From NCBI RefSeq assembly GCF_001194135.2, contig NC_068993.1:64173063-64237062 (forward strand): 64,000 nt of DNA. The letters are read 5' to 3'. A model generated the notes under the pieces. The model did not search any database. It had not been told where the DNA came from and saw nothing but the letters and a program-made list of their open reading frames with translations. Source of the stretch: Octopus bimaculoides (lineage: Eukaryota). Shown one piece after another: positions 26,223-39,935 of the stretch (positions are counted from its first letter, which is position 1; each line of letters starts with the position of its first letter). The position numbers were made by a program, and so were the translations under genes.

Positions 26223-27744
26223 CACAAGTTTAAGCGCTTTTAAGTGTACAACATTTGTTTACATGACACGTTCTGTGCATAAATATAAAATATAAACATA
26301 CGCTTCAACACATACATTTATAATGTTTAAAAAATTTTAAATATAAAACATTTTAAACATTTTCAAGGATTGATTCTTTACAAATTAGAAAACCTGTTAA
26401 ATAGTGATGGTAATCTGTCATTGACTTGAATAGGATTAATTAACTAAATTAACTAAATTGTGTTTGATGCTCATATTAAATTTTGCAATAAAAACAACTT
26501 GACGTACAATATTTTATTTATTTATTTGTTTGTATGGGATTATGATTAAAACCTTAATGAATGACAATTTTAAGTGGCAATTTTAAATGTTAAATGATAA
26601 CTGATAAATTTTAAATAATTTACCCTGAGCTATAAACTAACATCTTTCAGGAAGAAACGACGGTACAGCAGAACGTGACCAGTTAAAGCATTTCTTCATT
26701 GCTTTAAATATATTTTTCAGATATATAAAGGGAGTAAGGTAGATGTGAGGTATGATAAACAGTCAAAATAAGAAAGAATGACTGGTGCTTTTATCAGGTG
26801 GGATCAGGTGGGCTTAAAATTGACTATTTAAGTAAAGTAGAAGTTATCACAACCAAACACATGTGAGAGCAATTCATTGTGGAATATTTTGCTGAGTGAC
26901 GCGTTCTGATGGGTGTATGCGTAGCAGAACATTGTCTTAGATATTTTATTTCTAAATCAATACAAGTCGAACTCCGATAACTATTGATTTTTAAAGAATT
27001 TCTCAGTATTTCCAGTGCAGTGATGGCAGTATTTTACATATTCATAGATGATGACTTCCGCATCTTGTCAGATGATAGCCGTTTCACATTCAGCCTGATG
27101 GGTCTCATTTACTTTCACCTTTATATGTGCGCAGGTATGACATTTTACGTCACTCATCCATCACCATTGGACTTTATAAAATCCAAGACGGATCAAGAAA
27201 CGAAATGATATCGAGACATCCGTATGAAATTAAATTTGTCACAAAAGCTTGTACAACGTTTATGCCAGACTCTCGGTCGCCATATTATGTTGCAGCGAGA
27301 AACATTTCGAGATGGCTGGTACTCTTTTCACGGCAAAATTTATGTCAATATATCCAGAAGAGCTGCCTTACTCACGGCTTTGTCAGAAACAAGAAAAGGC
27401 TCTGCCACCCCTGGAAAATCTAATGAAATCACAGACACGAATATATGCATATGTATATATANNNNNNNNNNNNNNNNNNNNNNNNNNNNNNNNNNNNNNN
27501 NNNNNNNNNNNNNNNNNNNNNNNNNNNNNNNNNNNNNNNNNNNNNNNNNNNNNNNNNNNNNNNNNTATATATATATATATATATATATATGCATACATAT
27601 TTATTTATTTAGGTATGTGTATATGCATATGCTTAAAAATGTAGTGCGTTGTGTTTATCATATGAAAGCGCATACATGTTCTGATAAACAATCTTTGGAA
27701 ACTTATCTCTACACATGATATCAATTTAACCATTTTAAATGATC

Positions 27745-27965
27745 GCTCTCAAAAATTAAGTAAAGAAACAGGGAAAATATTCCAGTATCCTTGTCCGATG
27801 CCGGATCGTTCCCAAAATCTAATCAGTTCATGCCAGTCACAAGCTCAAACATCCCTGAAAGTTTCATATGAATTCATCCAGAAGTGTTTGAGATATCTTG
27901 TCCTCGGACAAACAAACAAACGAACAAACACGACTGAAAACAATTCGCAAAGCAGAGGTAATAAA
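27745..27965 (-). mobile_element. Non-autonomous interspersed element, possibly of Helentron-associated (DINE-1/HINE-like) type
   Basis: The minus strand begins ttattacctctgc, then a (GTTT)n core, then gacaagatatctcaaacac..gaaactttcagggatgtttg..gaactgattagattttggga. This layout resembles a metazoan repeat type I recall; the expected terminal palindrome is partly deleted. Confidence 0.5.
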
Positions 27966-29989
27966 AGCAAACTTTAAGTATAGAATAATTATTATATATC
28001 AACTGATTTTGCTGGAATGTTCGACAAAAATTGACAAGATCAGTTTCAAATTTCAAAGAAAAATCAGTGATCTCAAGAAACAAATAGTTATTTCTTTAAC
28101 AATTTGAAGTTACACTTGATGGCATGAATGGAAATGGTAGCAATAGCTATTAGGCGACATTAAAACTTTGGTCGGTAAACAAGGATAAGAAGAGGAATCG
28201 AAACAACTAAGAAATTGAAAACGGTAAAATGAAAGTATATATTTTCAAATCTAAAATAACATGTACGCGTGTATTGTTTGAATATTGCATTTATATCTTC
28301 GAATAGCTTTCTGATTTAATACCCATTCGAAAGGCTGGTGGTTTATGTTTATTACCAACGAATAGTTTGTGCCAAATTGTGTAGCTCTCTCTTATCGATA
28401 CTAAAATTTGGTTCAATATTTCAAGAACGCAGTATTCTATACAATTCAATTAAATTTATATCCCATGTGTTTTGCCATTTTCCATCATATAATATATATA
28501 TATATANNNNNNNNNNNNNNNNNNNNNNNNNNNNNNNNNNNNNNNNNNNNNNNNNNNNNNNNNNNNNNNNNNNNNNNNNNNNNNNNNNNNNNNNNNNNNN
28601 NNNNNNNNNNNNNNNNNNNNNNNNNNNNNNNNNNNNNNNNNNNNNNNNNNNNNNNNNNNNNNNNNNNNNNNNNNNNNNNNNNNNNNGTGTGTGTGTGTGT
28701 GTGTGTGTGTGTGTGCATGTATGTATGTATGTATATTCATATATACATACACTCTCACACACACATACATATATGAGTGTATATATGTAAGTGCATGTGT
28801 ATATGTATGCACATATAAAGTAACCATGAAAATGTCACTGGTGCATACACAATGCAATAAAACTCCATGCGGCATGTTTTATGTAATCTTATTCTTTAAG
28901 TTTTAATAGAAGATTTTCAACAAGTATTGTTTCACGCTCTGTTCTTTCTCAGTTATTTTTGAGAACATGGTAAAATGAAAAGGCGATATATTAATGGAAC
29001 TCAATTGCTCACCATTCTCTTTTTATTGAAATTTATTTTCCATTTTGATTTTGTTTCCCCGTCTTCTGTAGTTTTACTAAAATCTGAAATAATTCTGTCA
29101 GATTATGATTATATATGATACTGTCAAATTAATTCAACAAATCAATGGTTTTTGAGAAAAAATCAGCAAGACAAAGAAAAGAGAAAATATTCAATGAAAT
29201 ACTCTTACATCGTAAATTTCTGTACAATCAATAATAGAGAATATAAACATAATTGCTTTCTGTTAAGCCTTATATATTGAAATACACATGATAATATTTT
29301 ATCAATTCTAAATCATTAATTAGAAAGTTTATATATTCCTCCCTTGTAAATAAAATTGAAGAATCAAATAACTAAAAGTATATTGATTTTCCTTTTAAAT
29401 TTTTGCCAACCAAATCCTTTAATCGATTGTAAGAGATGGCAAGTGAGTGTTCACTTGGATCTTTTTTCTTCTTGTTAAATAATATAAAATATTATTGAAT
29501 ATTCTCATAAAATTATTGATGACATCATCATTTTAAATCTAATTGATGACATTTTAAGTAAAATAGAAAGATCTTATCCATACTTTAGACATTTGAGGAA
29601 CCATCATGCAAGCCTCTATGCAGTTCTTTGACCAACGAGAGAAATGTTAAATAAATATACCTTAAATAACACGCCCAACTTCTTAAATACCTATGAAGAC
29701 ACATTGAATAATAAACACTAGTGTGCAATTAAGAATACGGGATGGTCACGACTGTAATACTCTTCTTCTTGAGCTTGCTGTCTTATTTTAGGCTGAAAAC
29801 TAGCATCTACATGTATCCGATATTTCTTCAAGTTAAATGTAGAAAAGAAAATCAACGTTTTAAAAGTATTCTTTTTAAAGACTTAATGCAAGAAGAGTTT
29901 CATACTCATTGCGCAACATGTGGTCAGTGTTCCTAGCACAGAGATGGATATGAAGTGATGTGGATATTGAAATCGGAATGAACACAGCT

Positions 29990-30254
29990 AAAAGCAATCA
30001 GAATGATCAAGTTAAGCATTCAGGAGGTCGAGTTAAGCAATCAGATGGTCAAGGTAAGCAATCAGGTGGTCAAGTTAAGCAACCAGGTGGTCAAGTTAAG
30101 TAATCAGGTGGTTACCTAGGCAAGCAATCAGGTGGTTACGTTAAGCAATCAGGTGGTCAAGTTAAGCAATCAGAGTAATGAAGTTAAGCAATCAGGTGGT
30201 TACCTAGATAAGCAATCAGGTGGTCAAGGTAAGCAATCAGGAGGTCGAGTTAAG
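29990..30254. repeat. 21-bp minisatellite, about 12.5 units, consensus GTTAAGCAATCAGGTGGTCAA
   Basis: Units mostly 21 bp apart, with two 24-bp variants (extra CTA) and two 22-bp spacings; seven intact CAGGTG. Confidence 0.95.
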
Positions 30255-32620
30255 TCGGATTAAGTTTACCATACAAAAATATGAATTGCTCCCACTACCG
30301 GGCTTCGACGTTCTTTCCGTTAAACAAATTTCACAAATATTAGCACATGGCTATACAGTTGCTGACTGCATGGGTTCCACTTAACATTATATAATAACAT
30401 ATCTGTTATGTACCACTCATTGTAGCTGCGAAGATATTGCCCGACATAGTTCGAGTACATTGCTGCATTCTTGTGTAAACTAGCGAACTGCTATTAATCA
30501 TTGATCTTTAATACGTCCTTTGGCGGTTTAGAGCGTTAAACTTGTAGTCTAATTGTTGACTTATGTATAACGTGTCCATATATGATGAACAAATTAATGA
30601 ACCAAATAAATGCAATTATTTTTCCCTAGAAATCAAAAGCCAGGCACTCACTCTAAATTGATTTCAAGCATTGAGGCTATGCCTCAGATTTGAAGAAATC
30701 GTGCAGTGGCTTCAAGCAGCAGCAGTAAAGGACTGCTGCTTACTTTATCGATCTTGAAATATAAAAGCTAAAATGGACCCCCATGCCATGTGAACTCATA
30801 ACATAAATATTATGATGAGATAACATACGACGTCTGACTAATACTCGGTCAATCCCAGCAACCCATCTTCCCATACATGATGCATATATCTGCTACATTA
30901 CATATATTTTGAAAGAAACGAAATAGTCTGGTGAATTATGTAATATATGCTTAGGATTGGTCTATTTACTGGAGGTGTTTATATGAAATAACCATTGCTT
31001 TAAGCTCAAGAATAATAACAAATTAAGTCTAATTAGTTTCAGAGACGTATAATTCGCGGGCAACCCGTTATTACTGAAGAAGTAAACTTCCTAAATAATT
31101 TCACGATGGAATGCGATAAACTTACATTGTCTTTCAACACGCAATTAATAACAGGTTCCTTTATTCCTAAACAAAAGATAACCCAAACCCGCCCTCTATT
31201 TCTAAGCAATTCCGAATCACTGATACGGTTATCATAAGAAATTCTATCCTCATGTCAAATGGAATACAATTTCATACAAATAACAGGTTTCTTCGGATAA
31301 ATTGTCTTGTAATTCATGATTCATAACCATTTTCCAGTGACGCTAGAAATGTTTACATTTAAGTAGGGAACATTCACGAAAAAGCACTTTTAAACTCATT
31401 GAAAAAGAAAGCTACATATGTTACGAGAAAGTTTAGGATTTACTTTGTATATTTAAAGTTAACCCTGGTGATGCGAAAAGTAATTATCTCTGGATAAAAC
31501 GGACATGCGTGTTGAGGACCAGCATTTTAATTGAATGAAAATAGAATGCAGGGGGAGGTTTGATACTTAGCAGCATCATGGTGAATCTGGATGTTTTGTT
31601 GTTGTTAGATTTCATCGGCAAAGCATAGTTTAGCTAAGGCAATAAAATCCTAGAAGGACTGGAGAAATTTAAGATATTTTTTTATTTTGTTAATGAAGAA
31701 CATCATTACAGAGTGGGACAGAATGCTTTTGAAGTATGGCTTCTGTGCTCTGCCTTCTTTCTGAGTTCAAACTCTGGGGAGGTCAAACTTTGGGAACGTT
31801 AAATAAAATAGCAGCCAATCGTATCTTTCCTCTCTTAGTTTCAAATTTCGTCAGTGCTCAGATATGGACACCCGACGTTGCCACATGTGCCGATAGCGCT
31901 CCTACGTCTCCACCAGAATTTAAACTGCAATCTAAAGCATGAATGGAGTAAAAGAATTCTGGAACACATGCAACAATTTATTTGTCCCCCCCCCCCGCTG
32001 ATAATAGGAATATATGGAGATAACAGAAATGGTGGACCATTTGATTACAATATGGTCGATCGTCCAAATGTAAATGTAAATTTCAAGGTAGCGTTATAAG
32101 AGATATTAACTATATTATTTCAAAATATAGATTGTGAAAGGAAACGATGTTACATAGAGAAATAGATTTTGGAACCAATCAAAAATTTATTAGATGCTCA
32201 AACAGAGGACATAATAACTCCTGCTTGTTGAAGTATATCAGAGTTTTTAAATCTAAAAAAGATAGAAGCCATTTGTGGAGTCAGCCATGCTGACACGGTA
32301 TTGAGACATAGTGGAGTTATTGTAACAACCAGGAAGGAACAAAGCTTATAGTTTAGTAATAACATTAGACATACAGAGCGTAATGACTATGCTTTTGACT
32401 TGGCTTACATCCAATAAAAAGAAATGCTAATCTTTATCGAACACAAAAAAGCGGACCTATCTTCTCCCAACTTTTTATTCAATCAATTTCGCCGTTTTTT
32501 CCTTCTTAAAACTAATATAAAAATACGAAAAAAAACTGACATTAATATCCTTCACTAATTCTCTAATCTAATCTCCATGCATATCTACACACATATGTAT
32601 GTAAATATGTATATTATATG

Positions 32621-32667
<47 letters not shown>

Positions 32668-32677
32668 TTATATATAT

Positions 32678-32711
<34 letters not shown>

Positions 32712-32944
32712 ATGCATACACATACATTTGTGTGTGTGCCTACGTGTAATTGTGTGTATGTATGTGTTTGTGTGCGCGTGTGTACGTAGAGTAAGTATTA
32801 TTCTTTAAGCAATTCATTTATTTTTCCCTGAAAATTTTCCAAATTGTACCAATGGTACACATAAATGCATGCGTATCTTCCCGATAAACACTAACATCTA
32901 TCTATCTATCTATGCCTGTCTATCTATCTATTTATCTATAAGTT

Positions 32945-33070
32945 TCCGTGTGTGATAGAGAGAGAGTGTGTGTGCGAGAGAGAGAGTGTGTGCGAGAGAG
33001 AGAGTGTGTGCGAGAGAGAGAGTGTGTGCGAGAGAGAGAGAGGGAGAGAGGGGGAGAGAGATGGAGAGAG
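32945..33070. repeat. About 18-bp (GTGTGTGCGAGAGAGAGA)n repeat grading into (GA)n
   Basis: Directly visible. Confidence 0.9.
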
Positions 33071-33179
33071 TATGATAGAGACAAAGTGTGTATGAGGTAA
33101 CTAACGCAGAATTCCATGTTAGGTTGGAGATAAAAGTTACCTCAACGGACGCACACACACACGCACATACGTATGTATG

Positions 33180-33239
<60 letters not shown>

Positions 33240-34670
33240 GAGATAGAGGGAGAGAGAGAAAGACAGACAGACAGACAAACAGACAAACTGATGAATAGAT
33301 AGATATATGATTGAGTCCGTGCGCATGGGTGTGAGTGTGTGCGTGTGTGTAGCTATATATGTATTTCACAGAAAAAAAAGACAAACATCTGTATTGGTTT
33401 CCATACTTTCATGACCGTCTTGCCTTATTCGTGTCTTGCATATGAATATGGCATTCATGTATTCATAAAATGTGTAGTTACTGAACTTTTAGCCGGAGAT
33501 ACGGATAGTACTGTTGGAATAGTATTTGAATATCAGCCCTGGAGATAATACCATCTGTTTTGTCACGTCTGTGCTGCAAGCATGAATTACTTATATTTTA
33601 ATATCGCAGCACATCTGCGCATATCTCACATTCTGGAATGAACTACAACTTTAAAACCAACGTCAGCACTGGGACAGTTTTCTGCGTTCAGGCTATGATA
33701 ATGGGAGTCACTCTTGTGATTTTGTTATCAGTGCCGTGAGAATCATTTCAGAGAAGAAAGGCGATGTAAATTGGAAAAATGCATATTGAACAATACATGA
33801 GGCTTGTCTTTCTCATCACTGATTGCAATAGGGATTAAAATTTGATTAAGTGATTAAATGCTAATATCCTCAAATTTTCATGTACTCAGTTTCGTAACAC
33901 CCACTCAGAAAATATGCCATCAAATACCTTCCATTTGGAAGCATGTCACACACCTTTGGTATATGGAGAGCATAGAAGTAACGAATGTATCGCTAACAAC
34001 TTTTTCAGAAAATAACGCAGGAAAAGTTAAAACGAAAGTGGACGTAGCCAGCATCGACGTAGCCAGCGAAGAAATTTTAACTCGATAAAATTGCTCCATT
34101 AGAAGAAGTATAAGTGATATCCAGAAAGCAGTAGAAATGGCTTTGTTCATTTGTAGTAAAAATTTGTTAGTGCCATTTTGTGTGAGAAATGTAGATTTTT
34201 ATGTAAAACCAACAGCTCAATGGTTATGTTTACTGGTTATAATGATAAAAACTGTTACACACACACACACACGCACAACACCTACATGCACGCACACACG
34301 CACACACGTATATAACGCGCTACTGTGTCTCAAGAAATATGGGTAAATTTTGTGTATGTCTAATTTGCAGTTTAACGTGCTGTATGGTAATGCAAAAATG
34401 CGATATTGATTAAAAGGCAACACGAGTTTGTTAAGTTTGAAACGATTAAATAACAAATTTGGTGTTTCTGGACGATGGAGAACACCATCAGAAGAGATGT
34501 CTAAACAGATGGTATCGTTGTCTTAAAAAGCTTGCAATTCCAGACGAAAGTGTTGTTAACCTTTGGCTTCTGTTATTAATATGGGGAATTCTTTATAATT
34601 TGGATATCAATGGGTGAAAATGAAAATAAGAACGAGAAAAGATGGAAAAGGTGAAGAGAAAGAGAGAGAA

Positions 34671-34671
<1 letters not shown>

Positions 34672-34747
<76 letters not shown>

Positions 34748-34775
34748 GAGAGAGAGAGAGAAAGGGAGAGAGAGA
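34672..34775. repeat. (GA)n microsatellite
   Basis: Directly visible. Confidence 0.97.
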
Positions 34776-36099
34776 ATGGCCGGAAGGCTATGTAGAAGGA
34801 TGAAGAAATTGAAAGCAAGAGTGAAATACCCGAAGCAGTGAATAATGATTGATACTTATGCATGGCTTGATTGTTACCCATGACAGCTAGCAGTGCAAGT
34901 AAACTTTTGCCACCGTCATTAATCTGACAAAATTTTTATTATTTTAATTATTGTTTGTGTTCTATTTATTATAAAATTAACTATGATGGTAAAAGTGTAT
35001 TAAATTTGTTGTAGCAATTGTAGTGATATATTCATTAAATAAAAATTACTAGAAATTTTTAGATCAGCTAAGCTTAGTAATTAATGCAAAAGAATTTACT
35101 CTGCAAAAGAATTTACTCAGCAAAAGAACAGTTTGCTTGAAATAGCATCTAAAACTTATTAATTGCAATGAACGTTATTACGGAGCATTTCCCTCTCTAA
35201 ATCTACCTCATCCCCTCCTCCTCCTCCTTCTCCTCTTTTTCTCTCATTGGGTGTGTAGCGTTGCTTTGCTCAATGTCAACAAGACAAGTATGAACACACC
35301 ACCCACAGCCCTTATGTTAATACTTTCAGATATCTCTCTCTTTCCCCTCTATCCTCCGTCTATACGATGGAAGGTTGACTGGAGCAATCAACCAACCGAC
35401 ACAATATTTGTGTGGGCTTTTTGCTAAATAGAGATAAATAAACATACATACATGCAGGCATATATACACACACACATATATACGTACATATATGTATGCA
35501 TTAAGTGGGGTCGAAATTTTATATTCTGATTCCACATATTGCTTGGTGTTCATTTTGGTGTGAGAAATAAATTTACAAATTTTAAAAGATGCGACCACCC
35601 ATAGCCCTCCCAGTTCTGCGTTTTCAATACTGAAAATGTAAGGAACTGTAAACTGTTTCGATGCTATTAACTTTGTATTAGTTAAATACTACCTATATAA
35701 CATTTTATAAATTATATACACCCCACTCACCTGATACAAAAGAAAAAAACAGTTATTGGAATCTTTATTTATTTATATAGTTTGTATTGATGCTTTTATA
35801 TTAAAAAAATCATATATTCAGAAAAGCACTTTCAACGTAAAAAAAAAAATGTAAATTCTATAATTTTTTATGATTAATATGATATGCAATAAGAAAAAAA
35901 TAGGCACGAACCTCAAACGAAATACATGAACAATGAACACCATAAAATAAGCATTAATAGTATTTACTATTTAATTCAATGACCATTGTCTTTTCCAGTC
36001 AAATTGAGGTCAACTTTGTCTAGATTTCTGTACATTTAATATGAATTTGAGCCTATTTTCGTTGCCTATTCTGACTTCAGAAGCTTTTGTCACTAAATT

Positions 36100-36362
36100 G
36101 ATATCATGCTCGACTCCTTGTCTGTAACAGTCCGATATGTTTTATTTGTTTTTCATAATACGTGCAGTTGCGTATATCAAACATTTCATTGAATTCCTCT
36201 AATTTCTTATCAAAACCATCTCCTCTTTGCTTGATAGGTATTTTGTTTGATTGAATCTGCTTATAAATTAATCTCCCAATTTTTAGAACTACTCCCTCAA
36301 ACCCAATACAAGGAAAAGAAAATTTGTCCCATATTGTTTGCACATCTGCAGCAACGATCCCG
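36100..36362 (-). mobile_element. Probable DNA-transposon-derived coding relic (superfamily uncertain)
   Basis: Open frame IVAADVQTIWDKFSFPCIGFEGVVLKIGRLI..FDKKLEEFNEMFDIRNC resembles the N-terminal pattern VxxIWxKASIP..KIxxL..LFDIxxC that I recall from invertebrate transposon-associated proteins. Not confirmed by a search. Confidence 0.4.
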
Positions 36363-36937
36363 TAGCATTATCAAATGCGTATGATAAAAAGGTGGTTTCG
36401 CTCCTATTTAAAGCGCATTCAGTGACCAGGGGGCGGCACCCTCCACTTGTAGTATAGTAAATAAATGACTACTTGAATCAACACATTATGAAATAGTAGA
36501 AAGAAGTGATAATTGAATTAATCATAGCCATGTTGTTAATTAACCCGAGTCATCTCGTGTGGTTGAGACGCGATCGCAAATACTCCCATGCTGCACACAT
36601 TGTCTAGTTGTTCTTGATTTCTATGAAAGCCTTAACCCATACGTCCTTTTAATGTCGAGTCTAGCTGTGATTTGAAGAAGAATCAGCGCTATTTTTAGCA
36701 AGTTCAGAGATCATATAGGTACCATCGTCCCGTTAAACAAAGAAATGTCGCTTAAGCCAAAGTACAGCATTCATTTAGCTGAAGAAACTGGAAAGATATT
36801 CCAAATGTTTTCATAGTATTTTTCATAGCATGATCCACATACGTAGCATTTCTGAGAATAATTTGTATGATTCGAGGGAGATTTCGCCGCTATTTCTTGC
36901 ATGTCAAGCAATCACATGGCTACTTGATATGATAATG

Positions 36938-36938
36938 G

Positions 36939-36975
<37 letters not shown>

Positions 36976-37278
36976 AACGATGATGATGATGATAACGATG
37001 ATGATGTTGATGGGCAGGAGGTGGAAGAGGTAACGTTGCTGCTGCTGCTGTTTCTGCCGCTGTCCTTTGACCGATCCTATTGTGAATAAATTCATTCATG
37101 ATACTGATGGTTGCGTCTGCTTGTGATGGCGATGGCGGTGTCCGATATAATGGTTGCAGTGATTCTGAGAATCTTGATAGCGATGGCGCAGTTGTGGCAG
37201 CGACGGCAGCAGCGAAGGTGGCCACCATGACGTGTATTTGCGACCCAGCGATGTGGTAGTTCAGAAGGGGATAATGGT

Positions 37279-37311
<33 letters not shown>

Positions 37312-37327
37312 CAGTAGCAGCAGCAGC

Positions 37328-37386
<59 letters not shown>

Positions 37387-37456
37387 AGTTGGTAGTGGTG
37401 TCACAGTGGAGTTGTAGTGGTAGTCGTGGGGATGGTGTTGCAAGATAATATTCACC

Positions 37457-37546
<90 letters not shown>
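36938..37546. repeat. Low-complexity block: (GAT)n, degenerate GC-rich triplets, (TAG/CAG)n, (GT)n
   Basis: Directly visible. Confidence 0.9.
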
Positions 37547-37549
<3 letters not shown>

Positions 37550-38458
37550 TGTATGTATGTATATAAAAGGAGTAGAATAAATTTCTCACACTAACTTCAA
37601 TATCAGATTTCCACCTTAATCCAATCAGATCACTGTTATCATCAGCTCAACTTTCATTCGGATCGTCTGGTCATTAATTCGCTATGAGGAATGTCTGATC
37701 TTAATGATATGAGGACAATGGCATAGTTGATAGGTTTCCTTATTTGATGAGTCCAGGCACAACTGGACATGAAAGAGATGAAGCCAAAGAAAGTAGTTAG
37801 TTTTATGATATTATCAGAGCACCTGTTAATAGGAATAGTAATTCGATAAGGTGTTGCTACTGGTTATTTGACAGATGAATTCAAGCTAATTAGCAGCGAA
37901 AGGAACGGCTCTTAGTGACGTCATTTGATAAGGTGTTTCAGCAACAAAATAGAGATTAATTTAATGACAGATATCATTTATTCGTTTGACGAAATGAAAT
38001 ACTTTGTCTCTTTTCTATTTTGCTTTCATTCTCAACTTTTCTCGTCTTTTATTGTATATTTATAATTTAATCATAACATATCGGGAAAATATTTTGATTT
38101 TCGTATTTGAACTCTAAATTAATATGTTTATACGGCATGATATCTCTCCCTCTCTCTCCCTCTATCTTTCAATTTATTTCTCTCTCACTCTCTCTCCCTG
38201 TCACGCCAGCAAAAACTTCATATGTAAACATCCATACGTAATGTACATATGTATATATACATGCACGTATGTATGTATGTATGTATGTATGTATGCATGC
38301 ATGTATGTATGTGTCTATGTATTTGTGTATGCATGTATGTACGTAGATCTCTCTAGTGGAGAACTCCTCGTTGAATAATTTCTATTTCCGAGTTTCTGCT
38401 AGCCAGGAAAAATATGTAGCGTAGATTTCACTTGCTCCATTCTCTAAATTTGTGTATA

Positions 38459-38519
<61 letters not shown>

Positions 38520-38667
38520 ATGTGTGTGTGTATACAAGATTATGTAAGTAGCAGGTTAAAATGTTTCATCAAAAAGGAGAATAGTAATTGACACTAATTG
38601 TGACCAGGGTGTTAAAAAAACACTTACTTTGCTAGAAATAAGAGCTAAAAAGCTCTAATATATATAC

Positions 38668-38751
38668 ATATGTATGCGCGTATATATATATATATGTATG
38701 CGCGTATATATATATAGATGTATGCGCGTATATATATATATATGTATGCGC

Positions 38752-38817
<66 letters not shown>

Positions 38818-38822
38818 GTATG
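38668..38822. repeat. 24-bp (TGTATGCGCG-(TA)n) tandem repeat x4 merging into (TA)n
   Basis: TGTATGCGCG recurs four times at 24-bp spacing from 38671. Confidence 0.9.
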
Positions 38823-39844
38823 TATATTCGTAAATGTTGGCGAACTTTTTAATGCACATGTTGCAAAGGTAAACCAAACTTGATAGACAATATCACAAAG
38901 AATACCGCTGACAAAGATATGCACAAAGTTCCACACGCAAGTGTTGAGATCAAACCACCTGCCTCCTGAGAAGATGCATCTGGTTACTGGCAGAGGTCTA
39001 TAAAGAGAATTTCTTGTTACGCTAGGAGGATTCTAGGTAAGAATTTCAAAAGATGGATTACGCGCTACGTGGATTCATACAGGTTTTTGGAAAGCCAAAG
39101 TTTCTCTTTCCTGTCTCGTTCCATATAAAGATTTTAGAATGACGAAAATGTCCAATGTACCCCGAAACATTCTAAAACAAAAGAACTCTCTATTTGCCTG
39201 GAGTGCACGGCTGGTTTCTTTCAGTTAGGAATTGTATGTATGAAAAACGCAAGAGCATACTTTTTTTTTTACATATAGCAAGAAAACATTAAAATAAAGG
39301 TGTTTATATTCCAAAGAAATAAACAGATACTTCAGAGTTTAAATGAGAATATACCCTTTGATGGAAAAAAGTCAATGTGCAATGTTTTGACAAGTTTTCA
39401 TAAACATCTGAAGATTCAATATAAACTTTGAAATCCCGAATAACGTCACTGAGTTGGTGCATAGATAAGTATTCATGAGTCAAAATACTATTGAGTTTCA
39501 AAATCTCTTGGGAAAAGCAAAGCAGGTTGATTGAGCACTTAGCTATCCGTTTCTTTTTAATGTATATACTAAAAGTATAATTATTGCCAACTATTTTGAG
39601 ATCCTTGGTGACGTACTGTTTGCTAATATTTCACTATCATTAGAACACTAAAGTCACATTACTAAAAGTACTTTATTTATAACACACAAACACACATATG
39701 TACATATATACATATGAATGGGTATACATACATAATAGATACATACACACATGTTTGTATTACATGTATGCATGCGTACTGACAAAGACATACAGAGGTA
39801 TAGAATAGAAAGCAGTCTGAGAGAGAAAGAGAGACAGAAAGAGA

Positions 39845-39861
39845 TAGGTAGATAGATAGAC

Positions 39862-39916
<55 letters not shown>

Positions 39917-39935
39917 GAGATAGATAGATAGATAG
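39845..39935. repeat. (GATA)n microsatellite
   Basis: Directly visible. Confidence 0.95.

Noticed and set aside
29990-30254. 21-bp array as a CRISPR array or as a VKQSGGQ repeat protein
   Set aside because: There are no unique spacers and no cas genes, and the context is eukaryotic; in-frame TAA/TGA stops and 22-bp spacings break the reading frame.
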